Below, piece by piece: positions 19,846-33,600 of a stretch of 64,000 nt of DNA. Position 1 is the stretch's first letter, and every line of letters begins with the position of its first letter. Origin of the DNA: Candidatus Latescibacterota bacterium (GTDB taxonomy: Bacteria; Latescibacterota; UBA2968; GCA-2709665); assembly GCA_965219455.1 (NCBI GenBank), contig OZ244744.1:5664001-5728000 (forward strand), read 5' to 3'. The notes beneath the pieces were generated by a model, which ran no database searches, had not been told where the DNA came from, and saw only the letters and a list, made by a program, of their open reading frames with translations. The translations under genes and the position numbers were made by a program.

Positions 19846-20183
19846 TTGCGGCTGCCCAATGCGCATCTGACCAGGATCGATCAGGATAAGATCACGGACT
19901 ACCTGCTATCGTCCACCAATCCACGTGGCAAGGCCAGGGCGGGTTTTTTCTTTTGTTCGGGTTCAGTTTGGCTCACTGGGAGCAGCTTGCGGAAGCGTTG
20001 AGACGTCACGCAACGTCCCATGCGGTCGCCCGAGTTGTGGAGACCGCGTACGGCCCTCGCTATCATATTGACGGAGAAATAGAGACACCAGACGGGCGCA
20101 ATCCGCTTGTGAGAACTGTCTGGCAGATCGACCCTGGGAGCGAATATCCCAGGTTCATTACGGCACATCCATACGGGAGCTGA
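19846..20183 (+). pseudogene. DUF6883-like protein, frameshifted in a T-rich tract
   Basis: MRLPNA..KITDYLLSSTNPRGKARAGFF then a -1 shift at about 19944-19954 into FGFSLAHWEQLAEAL..TPDGRNPLVRTVWQID..PRFITAHP. Confidence 0.72.
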
Positions 20184-20186
20184 GAG

Positions 20187-20429
20187 ATGTTCAAGGAACA
20201 TGAGCAGATCGTTCTAACAGCCGACGTTCTGGGCGATCAGGGAGAGGAACTGAAGCCGGGAGACGTCGGCGCCGTCATTCACGTCCATCCTTCTAACGCA
20301 GCCGTTGTTGTGGAGTTCATGTCCCTGGATGGCGACACGGTGGCAATCGCGACCGTGCTGCCGACACAGGCGCGTCCCATAACGAGCGCGGACATCACCC
20401 ACGCGAGGACGGTTCCGGAAGCCGTCTGA
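20187..20429 (+). CDS. DUF4926 domain protein
   Basis: EHEQIVL..LKPGDVGAVIHVH..VEFMSLDGDTVAIATV. Confidence 0.85.
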   Translation: MFKEHEQIVLTADVLGDQGEELKPGDVGAVIHVHPSNAAVVVEFMSLDGDTVAIATVLPTQARPITSADITHARTVPEAV

Positions 20430-20658
20430 CGTTACCGCCATGTACGCCGGTAAGCCAATAAAAATTGGGCATCGGACGCCAGGTCTCAATCCAAAATTTG
20501 GTCGGCCGCAAGACCGGACAATCGAAGCGTCTCGACAAGTCCTGGACGCTGTAATTCAAGGCGACCGCCCGGACGCGCGGGGTGGCGGACATGACAGTGT
20601 GCGGTCTCCTGAAACAAGCCGACATGCAGAGGCCCCTTGGGAAGTAAAGGAAGAGCCA

Positions 20659-20703
20659 GGACGCAAAGTGGATCTGCGAACACCCGAGGATCTGAGTCCT
20701 TAT
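20659..20703 (+). pseudogene. Remnant of a third MNT gene
   Basis: GRKVDLRTPEDLSPY is a typical MNT C-terminal motif in otherwise unrecognisable sequence. Confidence 0.5.
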
Positions 20704-20967
20704 AAATCTCGATATCGTCTGGAAGACCGTGCAACAAAACCTGCCCATTCTGATTGGAAATCTGGAACGCGTTCTGCGACCTGAATCGAACTCTGACTGA
20801 AGCAAAAGCCGCCCTCGGAGCGCGCAGCGAGGTCTGCCTGTAGCAGGCAGGCGGCCATGACGGAGTGTACCTTCCTGACACAACGCGGCGTCGGTGCTGT
20901 TTGAGGTGACATAATACTGTGTTTTGATTGGACAGCAAGTGACTTCGATGAGAAGGGAGAAACCCAG

Positions 20968-21192
20968 ATGACCAAGCTTCTTCAGCAAGCCTTCGAGAAA
21001 GCTTCCGAACTCTCGGAGACGGAACAGGACAAGTTCGCCCGCTTCGTCCTGGCTGAACTGGAATCAGAGCGGCAATGGATTGAACTGTTTGCCCGGCCTG
21101 AGTCGGAGGACCTACTGGAGCGCTTGGCCGATGAGGCCTTGTCGGAACACCATGCGGGACGGACTCGGCCTCTCTCTTTGGAAGAGATGTAG
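20968..21192 (+). CDS. Putative antitoxin
   Basis: Small acidic protein MTKLLQQAF..EQD..LLERLADEAL, directly upstream of a RelE-like gene. Confidence 0.8.
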   Translation: MTKLLQQAFEKASELSETEQDKFARFVLAELESERQWIELFARPESEDLLERLADEALSEHHAGRTRPLSLEEM

Positions 21193-21194
21193 GC

Positions 21195-21464
21195 GTGCAT
21201 TCGTTTACGCAGAACACTTTCTGGGAAGCCTATCGACGGCTTCCAGATCACGTGCAGCGGCAGGCCCGGGAGTCCTACCGCTTCTTTGCGTCGAATCCCA
21301 ATCACCCCAGCCTGGACTTCAAGCGGGTGAGCAGGCGGCGTCCTGTGTACTCAGCTCGAGTGAGCATCGACTACCGCGCCGTTGGGGTCATGGACCAGGG
21401 AGATATTGTATGGTTCTGGATCGGTTCGCACGACGAATACGACAGGCTTCTCAAGCGAGTTTAG
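21195..21464 (+). CDS. RelE/ParE-like toxin
   Basis: FWEAYRRLP..NPNHPSLDFK..YSARVSIDYRAVG..WFWIGSHDEYD. Confidence 0.85.
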   Translation: MHSFTQNTFWEAYRRLPDHVQRQARESYRFFASNPNHPSLDFKRVSRRRPVYSARVSIDYRAVGVMDQGDIVWFWIGSHDEYDRLLKRV

Positions 21465-21471
21465 GTACAGC

Positions 21472-21705
21472 ATGACGCCCGATGGAACCGCAGCCCTCAT
21501 CACCTCCGGCGAATCTGAGATGCTGGAGTTTAGGGAGACGACCGGAACGTGCCGCGAAGCGGCCAAGACGGTGTGCGCCTTCCTGAACCAGCGTGCCAGG
21601 CACGGCATGGCGCAGGCCGGCGTCCCGGTTGGTCACCATGTCAGCGACCGCGCCATCAAGGAGCCGAGTACAGGGAATGCCCCACTCGGAGTATTGCGAA
21701 AGTGA
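21472..21705 (+). pseudogene. AlbA_2/Schlafen DNA-binding domain remnant
   Basis: GESEMLEFRETTG..EAAKTVCAFLNQR, then degenerates. Confidence 0.65.
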
Positions 21706-21715
21706 GGAGACGGCA

Positions 21716-22027
21716 ATGAACTCACAGATATCGGTCCCCAGAGACGCCCTTGCGGCCTTGTGCCGGGAGCACGGAATCAAGCGTCTCGCCATCTTTGGCT
21801 CAGCGCTACGAGAGGACTTCGGACAGGAGAGCGATGTAGACGTTTTGCTCGAGTTCGAGCCGGGACGGACGCCGGGGTTGTTGGGCATTGCGGGAATAGA
21901 GGCGCGATTGTCAGCGCTGTTCGGTAGAGAAGTAGATCTGGTGACGCGTTCTGCCGTGGAGCAGAGTCGTAACTACATCCGCCGCAGAGCTATTCTTGAT
22001 TCGGCTGAGGAAGTCTATGCGACGTGA
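21716..22027 (+). CDS. MNT antitoxin, copy 2
   Basis: FGSALREDFGQESDVDVLLEF; GAGGAG RBS. Confidence 0.9.
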   Translation: MNSQISVPRDALAALCREHGIKRLAIFGSALREDFGQESDVDVLLEFEPGRTPGLLGIAGIEARLSALFGREVDLVTRSAVEQSRNYIRRRAILDSAEEVYAT

Positions 22028-22356
22028 CGACGCCTATCTGCTCGACATGCTGTTGTCAGCCAGGGATGCGGTGGAGTTTGTCTCGGGGATTACATACGCG
22101 GATTTCGAGGCAAGCCGACTTCGCCAGAATGCGGTCTTGAAGTCTTTAGAGATTGTTGGCGAGGCCGCGTCTCGTGTGAGCACCGGCATGAGAGAGACTC
22201 TTGGCAGCATACCGTGGGGCGAAATTGTTGGAATGCGTAATCGCATAGTGCACGCCTACTTCGAAACAGATATCGAAATTGTCTGGAAGGTGGCACAGGA
22301 GGAATTGCCCAACTTGATAGTCCAACTTGAGCGGATCGTGCCGCCGGAATCCGACC

Positions 22357-22364
<8 letters not shown>
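22017..22364 (+). CDS. HEPN (DUF86/HepT-like) RNase toxin
   Basis: [24 protein letters not shown] (Rx4H); overlaps both MNT and hsdR. Confidence 0.9.
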
Positions 22365-25288
<2,924 letters not shown>

Positions 25289-25302
<14 letters not shown>

Positions 25303-25633
25303 GGAAAGTCGTCAATCGATTCGCAATCGAGTAGAATGCTGGGCCCAGAAACTGGGTGTACGTCCAAGGATTGTTCGCGTTCAAAAAATGACCCGCAAAT
25401 GGGGTTCCTGTTCGACATCGGGGATCGTAACGCTCGCCATTGATCTGGCCGATCAGGAACCGGGATTTCAAGATTTCGTCATTGCACACGAGTTGTTACA
25501 CCTGCGCGTTCCAAACCACGGGAAGCTGTTCAAGGCATTATTGACGGTTCACTTACCGGAGTGGACAAAGTACTACGCTGGACGAAAGCTCGTCGCCTAC
25601 GTTTCGAAGCTCACACACGGCGGAGATACTTAA
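25289..25633 (+). CDS. Short M48/YgjP (DUF45) zinc-metalloprotease-like protein
   Basis: [25 protein letters not shown]; usual position after hsdR. Confidence 0.85.
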
Positions 25634-25802
25634 GTAGGTGGTTCCGAAGATAAAGTGATGTGGCTCAATTCACTTTCTTGGTTGCTGACCAGAACTTCGT
25701 TACTTGCCTGCCAGAGCCAGTGTATGCGATCGTGTGCCTCCCCCGCCCTGCTTCGCCTGTGTATTCGTTCCAGATCCCTCGTGACTTTCCACGGAGTACA
25801 GG

Positions 25803-28205
25803 ATGAATCCTAAAGTCCTGCTTCGGAATCGCATTGGACCGTTTCTGGTCGTCTTACTGGCGTTCACCGCCGCCTGGTGTGGTGTGCCCGGTGACTTCAC
25901 CGGAGACGGCCACGTTGGCTTCGAAGACTTTGTCGCCTTTGCAAGGAACTTCGGAACCTCCCGGACCGACGACACATTCGACGCCCGTTTCGATATAGAC
26001 CTGGACGGACGGGTCGGTTTCAGTGACTTTATTCTATTTGCAACGGCCTTCGGTGAGGCGAATACCGACCTCCGCGAAGATCCCGTCTACCTGGACCAGC
26101 AGATCAAGCATATCAGCGATCCCGATCTCTTTGCAGCGATGGACCTGGACCGTGCCGGGCTCGAGGATGTCAAGCGCGCCGTCGACCAGGGAGACTACGC
26201 CTCGGCCTACAAAGCGTGGGGGACGTACTGGGACGCTCGTCCCGGATTCGCCTATATCAACACCGGCATCCCCTACCACACCATCGACCAGGCATACGAG
26301 TACTTCAGCACCAGAAACTATACGGCGGCCGCGGAACGCGTGGTCGCTCACAACATCACGGGATGGGGCGGCGTCAACATCCAGCACGGCCCGGTTGTGG
26401 ATTTCAACGCGGATTACGGTAGAAGCGGCAAATACGGATTTCACTACTGGGGTTGGTCAGGGCCTCTTCTCTGGGCGTATATGGGCACACGGGACACGAA
26501 GTATCTGAACGCCTTCGACGAACTCTTCAATCAGTGGTACGAGCAACGGGACGATGTCGTAGGTGCCTACGCGCACCTGGATCCGATCTGGTATGAACTC
26601 GGGCTCGGGTCGCGCAGGAACCGCGTATTCCTGGAATTCTACAAGCTGAACCGCGGCCGGCTTTCGGTACAGACCCACGAGCGGATGCTCAAGAACTTCC
26701 TGGGTTCCGCGCGCTGGTTGTACGAGCTGGAGAAGCAGGGGTACCGGTCGGGCAACTGGCAGGTGATGGGTACCTACGCCCTTGCCGAGTTGGGTCTCAA
26801 CCTGCCCGAGTTCAGGGAGGCGGAACGGTGGGTCTCCCTGGGCGTGTATCGAATAGAGGAGCATCTATCAAAGGACTTTTACGAGGACGGCTGCCATTCC
26901 GAGCGTTGCCCGTCCAGCTATTCCACCATCGTTTATCGCGACCCGCGGAATCTGGCCTACCTTCTCGAGCGATTCGGCGGCAACGACGACCGCGCGGCTG
27001 CCCTGCGCCCGCCGCTCGAACGTACCTTGAACCACTGGATGTACCTGATCAGTCCCCTGGGTACCCAGCCTGCCGTCAACGATGGCGGCCGGGGACGGTT
27101 CGACCGGAACGTCTTTATCGATGGCGGACGCGCCTTCAATCGGCCGGACATGCTCTGGGTGGCCAAAAACCTGCTCGGCGCCGACGTCGATGACGAGGTT
27201 GAGCGGCCGGACAGGACGTCAATTGATTTCAGACCGTCGGGGTTCGCCGTAATGCGCGGGGACTGGACCCGTGAGAGTCCCTATATGGTCATCAACTACG
27301 GGGAGTATGGCGGAGGCCATTCACACCCCGATATCCTCAGTTTCGAACTCTTCGCCTATGGGGATGCGCTGGCTGTCGACGCAGGCATCGGCGTCAGTTA
27401 CGACGATCCGCTCCACGGACCGTGGTACAAGACTTCCAGGGCGCACAATATGCTGGTGATAGACGACGCGAACCTCGACCGCAGGATTGCCGTAGGGCAG
27501 AAGCCGGTATGGAGCAGCCAGGCGGGAATGGACTACTTTTCCGCGGAGCACGAGGGCTATCGTTCACGGGGCGTCTCCCATCGCCGTCACATTCTCTTCC
27601 TTAAAGCAGCAGAGCCGGTAAGCGGGACCGATCCCTACTTCCTGGTATTTGATGCCTTCTCGTCCGACACACAGTCCCGAAAGGCCTCGTTCATGCTGCA
27701 TTCCCCCACGCCGCTGCAGCGGGGCGGAACCGCGGTGTTTTCCACCGAAGCGCCTGGTCTGCTCGTAGCTACGCCTGATGCCCCGTCCGTTCGCCTGGGC
27801 ACGGGAATGGCGCATCTAGGGGGCATCCCGGGCCGGCGGCCCGCCAGGCAGCTCATCCGGTGGGCGTCCCTTGACATGATGACTTCGGGCGACGGCCTTG
27901 TGGACGACCTCGCCGTATTGCTCTATCCCTTCCGGAACATGCCGCTTCCCAAAGTGGGGATTCGTCGAGGAGAAAGCCACGGACCGGGCGGCACCGCGTA
28001 CCTGATCGTGGAACACGGCGGCGGTGTGGACCACATCGTCATTTCCGACGGATCATTTCGCACGTTCGGCGCGGACGACGTTGGCACGGATGCGATTTGC
28101 GCCGTCGTCAGAACCGGTTCCGACGGCGGCTATCTCTCGCACGCGGCCGTTTCGGGCAGGAGGCTGACGTTCAGGGATCAAAGTCTCAACGTGTCGTCCC
28201 CCTGA
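25803..28205 (+). CDS. Secreted heparinase II/III-family lyase with N-terminal dockerin/EF-hand-like module
   Basis: Signal peptide; GDFTGDGHVGFEDFVAFARNFG and DLDGRVGFSDFILFATAFG; GNWQ, EDGCHSE, PAVNDG, GHSHPDILSF, RAHNML. Confidence 0.85.
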   Translation: MNPKVLLRNRIGPFLVVLLAFTAAWCGVPGDFTGDGHVGFEDFVAFARNFGTSRTDDTFDARFDIDLDGRVGFSDFILFATAFGEANTDLREDPVYLDQQIKHISDPDLFAAMDLDRAGLEDVKRAVDQGDYASAYKAWGTYWDARPGFAYINTGIPYHTIDQAYEYFSTRNYTAAAERVVAHNITGWGGVNIQHGPVVDFNADYGRSGKYGFHYWGWSGPLLWAYMGTRDTKYLNAFDELFNQWYEQRDDVVGAYAHLDPIWYELGLGSRRNRVFLEFYKLNRGRLSVQTHERMLKNFLGSARWLYELEKQGYRSGNWQVMGTYALAELGLNLPEFREAERWVSLGVYRIEEHLSKDFYEDGCHSERCPSSYSTIVYRDPRNLAYLLERFGGNDDRAAALRPPLERTLNHWMYLISPLGTQPAVNDGGRGRFDRNVFIDGGRAFNRPDMLWVAKNLLGADVDDEVERPDRTSIDFRPSGFAVMRGDWTRESPYMVINYGEYGGGHSHPDILSFELFAYGDALAVDAGIGVSYDDPLHGPWYKTSRAHNMLVIDDANLDRRIAVGQKPVWSSQAGMDYFSAEHEGYRSRGVSHRRHILFLKAAEPVSGTDPYFLVFDAFSSDTQSRKASFMLHSPTPLQRGGTAVFSTEAPGLLVATPDAPSVRLGTGMAHLGGIPGRRPARQLIRWASLDMMTSGDGLVDDLAVLLYPFRNMPLPKVGIRRGESHGPGGTAYLIVEHGGGVDHIVISDGSFRTFGADDVGTDAICAVVRTGSDGGYLSHAAVSGRRLTFRDQSLNVSSP

Positions 28206-28356
28206 GCCGAAAGCCGCCTGTTTCCGCCATGCGAAATCGAAATGACGACCGATTACGGGTCCGGCGTGCGTGGTTCGAACGCGGCGGAGAAGTATCTTTC
28301 CAATCGGTGCCTCGACATGCCGGACTCACTAAAGTCCGTGGGGATCGGAACCTTCA

Positions 28357-29778
28357 ATGTCTGGCAAAATCTCACTTCGGATATGCCTGAACCCGCTCGC
28401 GGCGGCCCTGCTGATCCATGGCGCAGCGTGGTCGGGCGTGCCTGGTGACTTCACCGGCGACGGCCAGGTCGAGTTCAATGACTTCATCGCATTTGCCCGG
28501 CACTTCGGGGCCTACCGTTCAGACGGCGCTTTCGATGACCGTTTCGACCTGGACCACGACGAACGCGCTTCCGCCATGCGTCCGCCTCTGGAACGTACCT
28601 TGAACCACTGGATGTACCTGATCAGCCCGCTGGGTACCCAGCCCGCGGTCAACGACGGTGGCCGGGCACGGTTCGACCGCGATGTCTTTGTCGATGGCGG
28701 ACGTGTTTTCAATCGGCCGGACATGCTCTGGGTGGCCAGAAACCTGCTCGGCGCCAACATAGACGACCAAGTCGAGCCGCCAGCCGTCAAGTCGGTTGAT
28801 TTCCGGCCCTCGGGTTTCGCAGTGATGCGTATGGATTGGACGCGGAACAGTCCGTATCTGGTCATCAATTACGGTCCCTGGGCGGGCGGGCATTACCACT
28901 ATGACGTCTTCAGCTTCGAACTGTTCGCCTACGGCAAGGCGCTCGCCGTCGACGCCGGGCTCGGCGTCAGCTACGACGACCCGCTTCACCGGCCCTGGTA
29001 TATAACCTCCAAAGCGCACAACATGCTCGTGATCGACGACGAAAATCTGGACCGTCGTATCGCCGTGGGAGAGCAGCCAATATGGAGCAGCCCGGAAGGC
29101 ATGGACTACTTTGCCGCCGAACACCAGGGCTACCGCGCTCTGGGCGTCCGGCATCGACGGCACTTTCTGTTCGTGAAACCGGTGGATCCCGCTCAGGAGG
29201 TGAACCCCTACTTCCTGGTGTTTGATGTGTTCTCGTCCGAAGGACAGTCCCGAACGGCCTCGTTCATGCTACACTCCCCCACGCCACTGCAGCGGGGCGG
29301 AACCGCCGTATTTTCCACCGAGGCGCCTGGCCTGCTCGTGGGCACGCCCGATAACCCGTCCGTTCGACTCGGCACGGGAATGGCGCATCTCGGAGGCATA
29401 CCGGACCGTCGGCCCGCCCGGCAACTGATCCGGTGGGCTTCCCTGGACCTGATGACTTCAGGCGACGGTCTGGTGAACGACCTCGCGGTGTTACTCTATC
29501 CCTTCCGGAGCATGCCGCTTCCCAAAGCGCGGATTCGCCGTGGAGAAAACGAAGGGCCGGCCGGCACGGCCTACCTGGTCGTGGAGCACGGCGGCATCAC
29601 GGACCACATCGTTATCTCCGACGGATCCTACCGGACGTTCGGCGCGGACGAACTCGGCACAGACGCGAATTGCGTTGTCGTTCGAACCGGTTCCGACGGC
29701 GTCTATCTTTCGCACTCGGCCGTTTCAGGCACGAGGTTGATCTTCAGGGATCGGAATCTCGCCGTGTCGCCGCCTTGA
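28357..29778 (+). CDS. Tandem heparinase II/III paralog with in-frame internal deletion (probably non-functional)
   Basis: RFDLDHD is fused directly to ERASAMRPPLERT; about 325 aa of copy 1 are missing; the remainder is colinear with copy 1. Confidence 0.8.
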   Translation: MSGKISLRICLNPLAAALLIHGAAWSGVPGDFTGDGQVEFNDFIAFARHFGAYRSDGAFDDRFDLDHDERASAMRPPLERTLNHWMYLISPLGTQPAVNDGGRARFDRDVFVDGGRVFNRPDMLWVARNLLGANIDDQVEPPAVKSVDFRPSGFAVMRMDWTRNSPYLVINYGPWAGGHYHYDVFSFELFAYGKALAVDAGLGVSYDDPLHRPWYITSKAHNMLVIDDENLDRRIAVGEQPIWSSPEGMDYFAAEHQGYRALGVRHRRHFLFVKPVDPAQEVNPYFLVFDVFSSEGQSRTASFMLHSPTPLQRGGTAVFSTEAPGLLVGTPDNPSVRLGTGMAHLGGIPDRRPARQLIRWASLDLMTSGDGLVNDLAVLLYPFRSMPLPKARIRRGENEGPAGTAYLVVEHGGITDHIVISDGSYRTFGADELGTDANCVVVRTGSDGVYLSHSAVSGTRLIFRDRNLAVSPP

Positions 29779-29864
29779 GACGAAAGTCCGCCGAAAGGCG
29801 GTTGGAGGCCGAAAGGCGAGTAGGGAACCAGGTGTACTATTAATTGCGAACCACATATTTTCCC

Positions 29865-29917
29865 TTGACAACTCTATATTTTGTATTATAATAACATTAC
29901 CCCACAATATAGGGTCC
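29865..29917 (+). promoter_or_regulatory. sigma70 promoter with tandem NrdR boxes
   Basis: TTGACA-N16-TATAAT (29865-29892); boxes ACTCTATATTTTGTAT (29871) and CCACAATATAGGGTCC (29902), 31 bp apart. Confidence 0.8.
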
Positions 29918-29982
29918 TTACAGCTTGAGGACCCTATATCTATCCATATCCCCGATCTCCGTGAGGTTACGGGAGAACACGC

Positions 29983-30447
29983 ATGAGATGTCCCTACTGT
30001 GGAACAGTGGAGGACAAGGTCGTAGACTCCAGATCCAGCAAGGAGGCAACGGCCATCCGAAGACGCCGGGAATGTCTGAGTTGCGGTCGGCGGTTTACAA
30101 CCTACGAATCCGTCGAAGATACGCCGCTGATGGTCGTCAAATCCGATGGTCGCCGCGAACCCTTCGACAAAAACAAGCTCTTTTCCAAGTTGCATCTCGC
30201 CTGCAACAAACGGCCCATTTCCATGGACCGGCTCGAAGAGATCGCAGACCGGATCGAAGCCAGACTAAGCGGCACCGGCGAACGGGAGGTAGAGGCCAAC
30301 GATATCGGCGAACTGGTAATTAACGAGCTTAAAGACCTCGACCAGGTCGCTTACGTCCGTTTCGCATCGGTCTACAGACAGTTCAAAGACCTGAGCGACT
30401 TCGAAAAGGAACTCCGGCAACTCGCTTCCCCTCAAGCAGGCGACTGA
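29983..30447 (+). CDS. nrdR: Transcriptional repressor NrdR
   Basis: MRCPYC..KVVDSR..IRRRRECLSC..RFTTYE, ATP cone, VAYVRFASVYRQF. Confidence 0.97.
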   Translation: MRCPYCGTVEDKVVDSRSSKEATAIRRRRECLSCGRRFTTYESVEDTPLMVVKSDGRREPFDKNKLFSKLHLACNKRPISMDRLEEIADRIEARLSGTGEREVEANDIGELVINELKDLDQVAYVRFASVYRQFKDLSDFEKELRQLASPQAGD

Positions 30448-30653
30448 ACCAGATATTCTCCCCTCCACCGAAGTTACCCGGACGCGCCATTCCCCTTCAG
30501 ATGCGTCTTCAACATTCGTTTTTTGCCCGCGGTCCGGATATGTCGGCCGTGAAGGAAGTATACGGCTCGAAACGAAACGTGAATTCAGCCAGGCAGGTAT
30601 CCTTTCGTCTTGCCGTTTCAAATCGATCCCAGAAATCCGGAGGAAGTCCACCA

Positions 30654-33600
30654 ATGAAGCTTGAACGCAGGCAGACCACGCCCGGCGAGAATCCACTGGA
30701 CCAGGTCGAATACGTAAAGAAATCATCCGTTATCACCAACCCGGACGGCTCTGAAGTCTTTCGCATGGACCACGCCGAAGTCCCGGCAGAGTGGTCCCAA
30801 CTGGCAACGGATATCGTCGTATCCAAATATTTCAGAAAACGAGGCGTGCCCGAAACCGGACACGAAACCTCCGTGCGCCAGGTGATGCACCGGGTGGCCC
30901 GTACCATTCGCAAGGCCGGAGAGGACCAGGGCGGATATTTCGACTCTACCGAAGACGCGGATACCTTCGAAGCGGAACTTGCCTACCATCTCGTGCATCA
31001 AATGGGCGCTTTCAACTCGCCGGTCTGGTTCAACTGCGGACTGTACCACGAATACGGAATTCAAGGAAGCGGCGGCAACTGGCACTGGGATTGGGACCGG
31101 AATCGTGTCTCAGAGACCGAAGACTCTTATTCCCATCCCCAGTGTTCCGCCTGTTACATCCAGTCCGTCCAGGACGACACCATGGACATTTTTGAATTGT
31201 TGAAAAGCGAAGTTCGACTCTTCAAATACGGATCCGGCACGGGTACCAACTTCTCTAAAATTCGCGGAAAAATGGAGAAACTCTCCGGAGGAGGCGTCTC
31301 ATCCGGCCTGATGTCCTTTCTGGAAGTCCTGGACAAGGGCGCAGGCGCCATCAAGTCCGGCGGGACGACGCGGCGAGCCGCCAAAATGGTCTGTCTGGAC
31401 ATGGATCACCCTGAAATACTCGATTTCATCAATTGGAAAGTAAGAGAAGAAAAGAAGGTTGCCGCGCTGATGGCCGCCGGCTACAGTTCCGACTTCAACG
31501 GCGAAGCCTACCAGACCGTTTCCGGCCAGAACTCCAACAACTCGGTGCGCGTCACCGACGCTTTTATGCAGGCCTGCGAAGACGACGGCGATTGGCACAC
31601 CCGGCTGCGCACGACCGGTGAAGTCTACGAAACGCACAAAGCCCGCGATCTCATGCGTCAGATAGGGGCGGCCGCCTGGGCATGCGCCGACCCGGGCATG
31701 CAGTACGATACCACCATCAACCACTGGCACACGTGCCCCAACACCGACCGCATTTACGGATCCAACCCGTGTTCGGAGTTTATGTTCCTTGACGACACGG
31801 CATGCAACCTCGCTTCAATCAACCTCATGAAGTTTCTCAATAACGACGGCACCTTCGACATTGACGGTTTCCGTTATGCCTGCCAGATCTTTTTCATTGC
31901 CCAGGAAATTCTGGTCGATTTCGCATCCTATCCCACCCGAATGATCGCGCGGAACAGCCACGATTACCGCCCTCTCGGCCTCGGTTACGCCAACCTGGGA
32001 ACTCTCCTGATGGTACAGGGGTTGCCTTACGACAGTGCGGGAGCAAGGGCCAATTGCGCCGCCATCACTGCGATCATGTGTGGACAGGCCTACGCAACGT
32101 CGGCCCGCATGGCAGCTGACAAAAGCACCTTTTCGGGCTTCGAGAAGAACCGTGGCCCCATGCTCAACGTAATGAACATGCACCGGGGCGCCGCTTACAA
32201 TATCGATGCCCACGCCTGCCCACGCGATCTGCATCGGGCCGCCCGGGAAGATTGGGACCTGGCGGTTGAACTGGGCGAAAAATACGGCTATCGCAATGCG
32301 CAGGCCACGGTGATCGCACCCACCGGAACCATTGGCCTTCTGATGGACTGTGACACCACCGGTATCGAACCCGACTTCGCTCTGGTCAAATTCAAAAAGC
32401 TCGCGGGCGGCGGCTATTTTAAAATTGTCAACCACGCCGTGCCCAAAGCCCTGGAGCGCCTCGGTTATACGCCTGAGGAAATCGCGGATATTCTCACCTA
32501 CCTCTGCGGCAGGCTCACACTGAAAGATACGCCGCATATCAACGCCGAATCGTTAAAGGCGAAAGGCTTCGGTCCCGGGGATCTAAATAAAGTGGAAGGA
32601 GCGCTGCCCGGCGTCTTTGAACTGGAATTTGCCTTCACCCCCTGGATTCTTGGAGAAGGCCTGATGGATCGCCTGGGCTTCTCTCCCGAACAGTACAGCG
32701 CACCCGGCTTTCATCTGCTTGGCGAACTCGGCTTTACCGCTGGGCAAATCAGCGACGCCAACGAAGTCATCTGTGGCCGAATGACCGTCGAGGGCTCGCC
32801 TCATCTCAAAGATGAGCATCTACCCATATTCGACTGCGCCAACAAATGCGGCAGACATGGAAAACGCTTTATTGCACCCATGGCGCACCTCGGCATGATG
32901 TCCGCCGCCCAGAAGTTTGTCTGCGGAGCCATTTCCAAAACCGTAAACGTCCCCAGCGAAACCACCGCCGGAGAGATTGAAGACCTTTACATCAAGGGCT
33001 GGAATCTGGGGCTAAAGGCCGTGGCCATTTATAGAGACGGCTCGAAACTCTCTCAGCCACTGAGTACCGCCACCAAAACCGACGCCGAAGCAGAAGCCGC
33101 CGAGTCCGAAGAATCGCTTACGGATTCAGCGGGACGGGCGACGGGAAAGAACACACCAGCGCCCGTCCCGCTGGTAAGCCAGCCCACAAGGCGGCGGCTC
33201 CCGCAACGACGCAGCGGTTTTACGCAGGAAGCCCGCGTGGCCAATCAAAAGGTCTTCTTGCGCACCGGCGAATATGAGGACGGTTCCCTGGGTGAAATTT
33301 TTATCGACATGAGCAAGGAAGGCGCACCTTTCCGCAGCATGCTGAACTGCTTTGCCATCGCAGTGTCCAAGGGCCTGCAATACGGCGTACCCCTTGAGGA
33401 ATACGTAGACGGCTTCACCTTCACGCGTTTCGAGCCATGGGGAACCGTCGACCACCCGAATATCAAATTCGCAACTTCCGTCATCGATTACATCTTCCGC
33501 GTCCTCGGCTACGAATACCTCGGCCGGACCGACTTTCTCCAGGTGAAACCGGAAGATATTGCTTCCGACATCAACGACCACCACGATCTGGAAACGGAAG

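Noticed and set aside
20440-20784. 114-aa ORF as a real gene
   Set aside because: Only a 15-aa MNT scrap is recognisable; the rest looks like decayed sequence
30448-30653. Possible cobalamin riboswitch before nrdJ
   Set aside because: No B12-box or GGGAA/GCCCCCGCAACTGT core visible; only small hairpins
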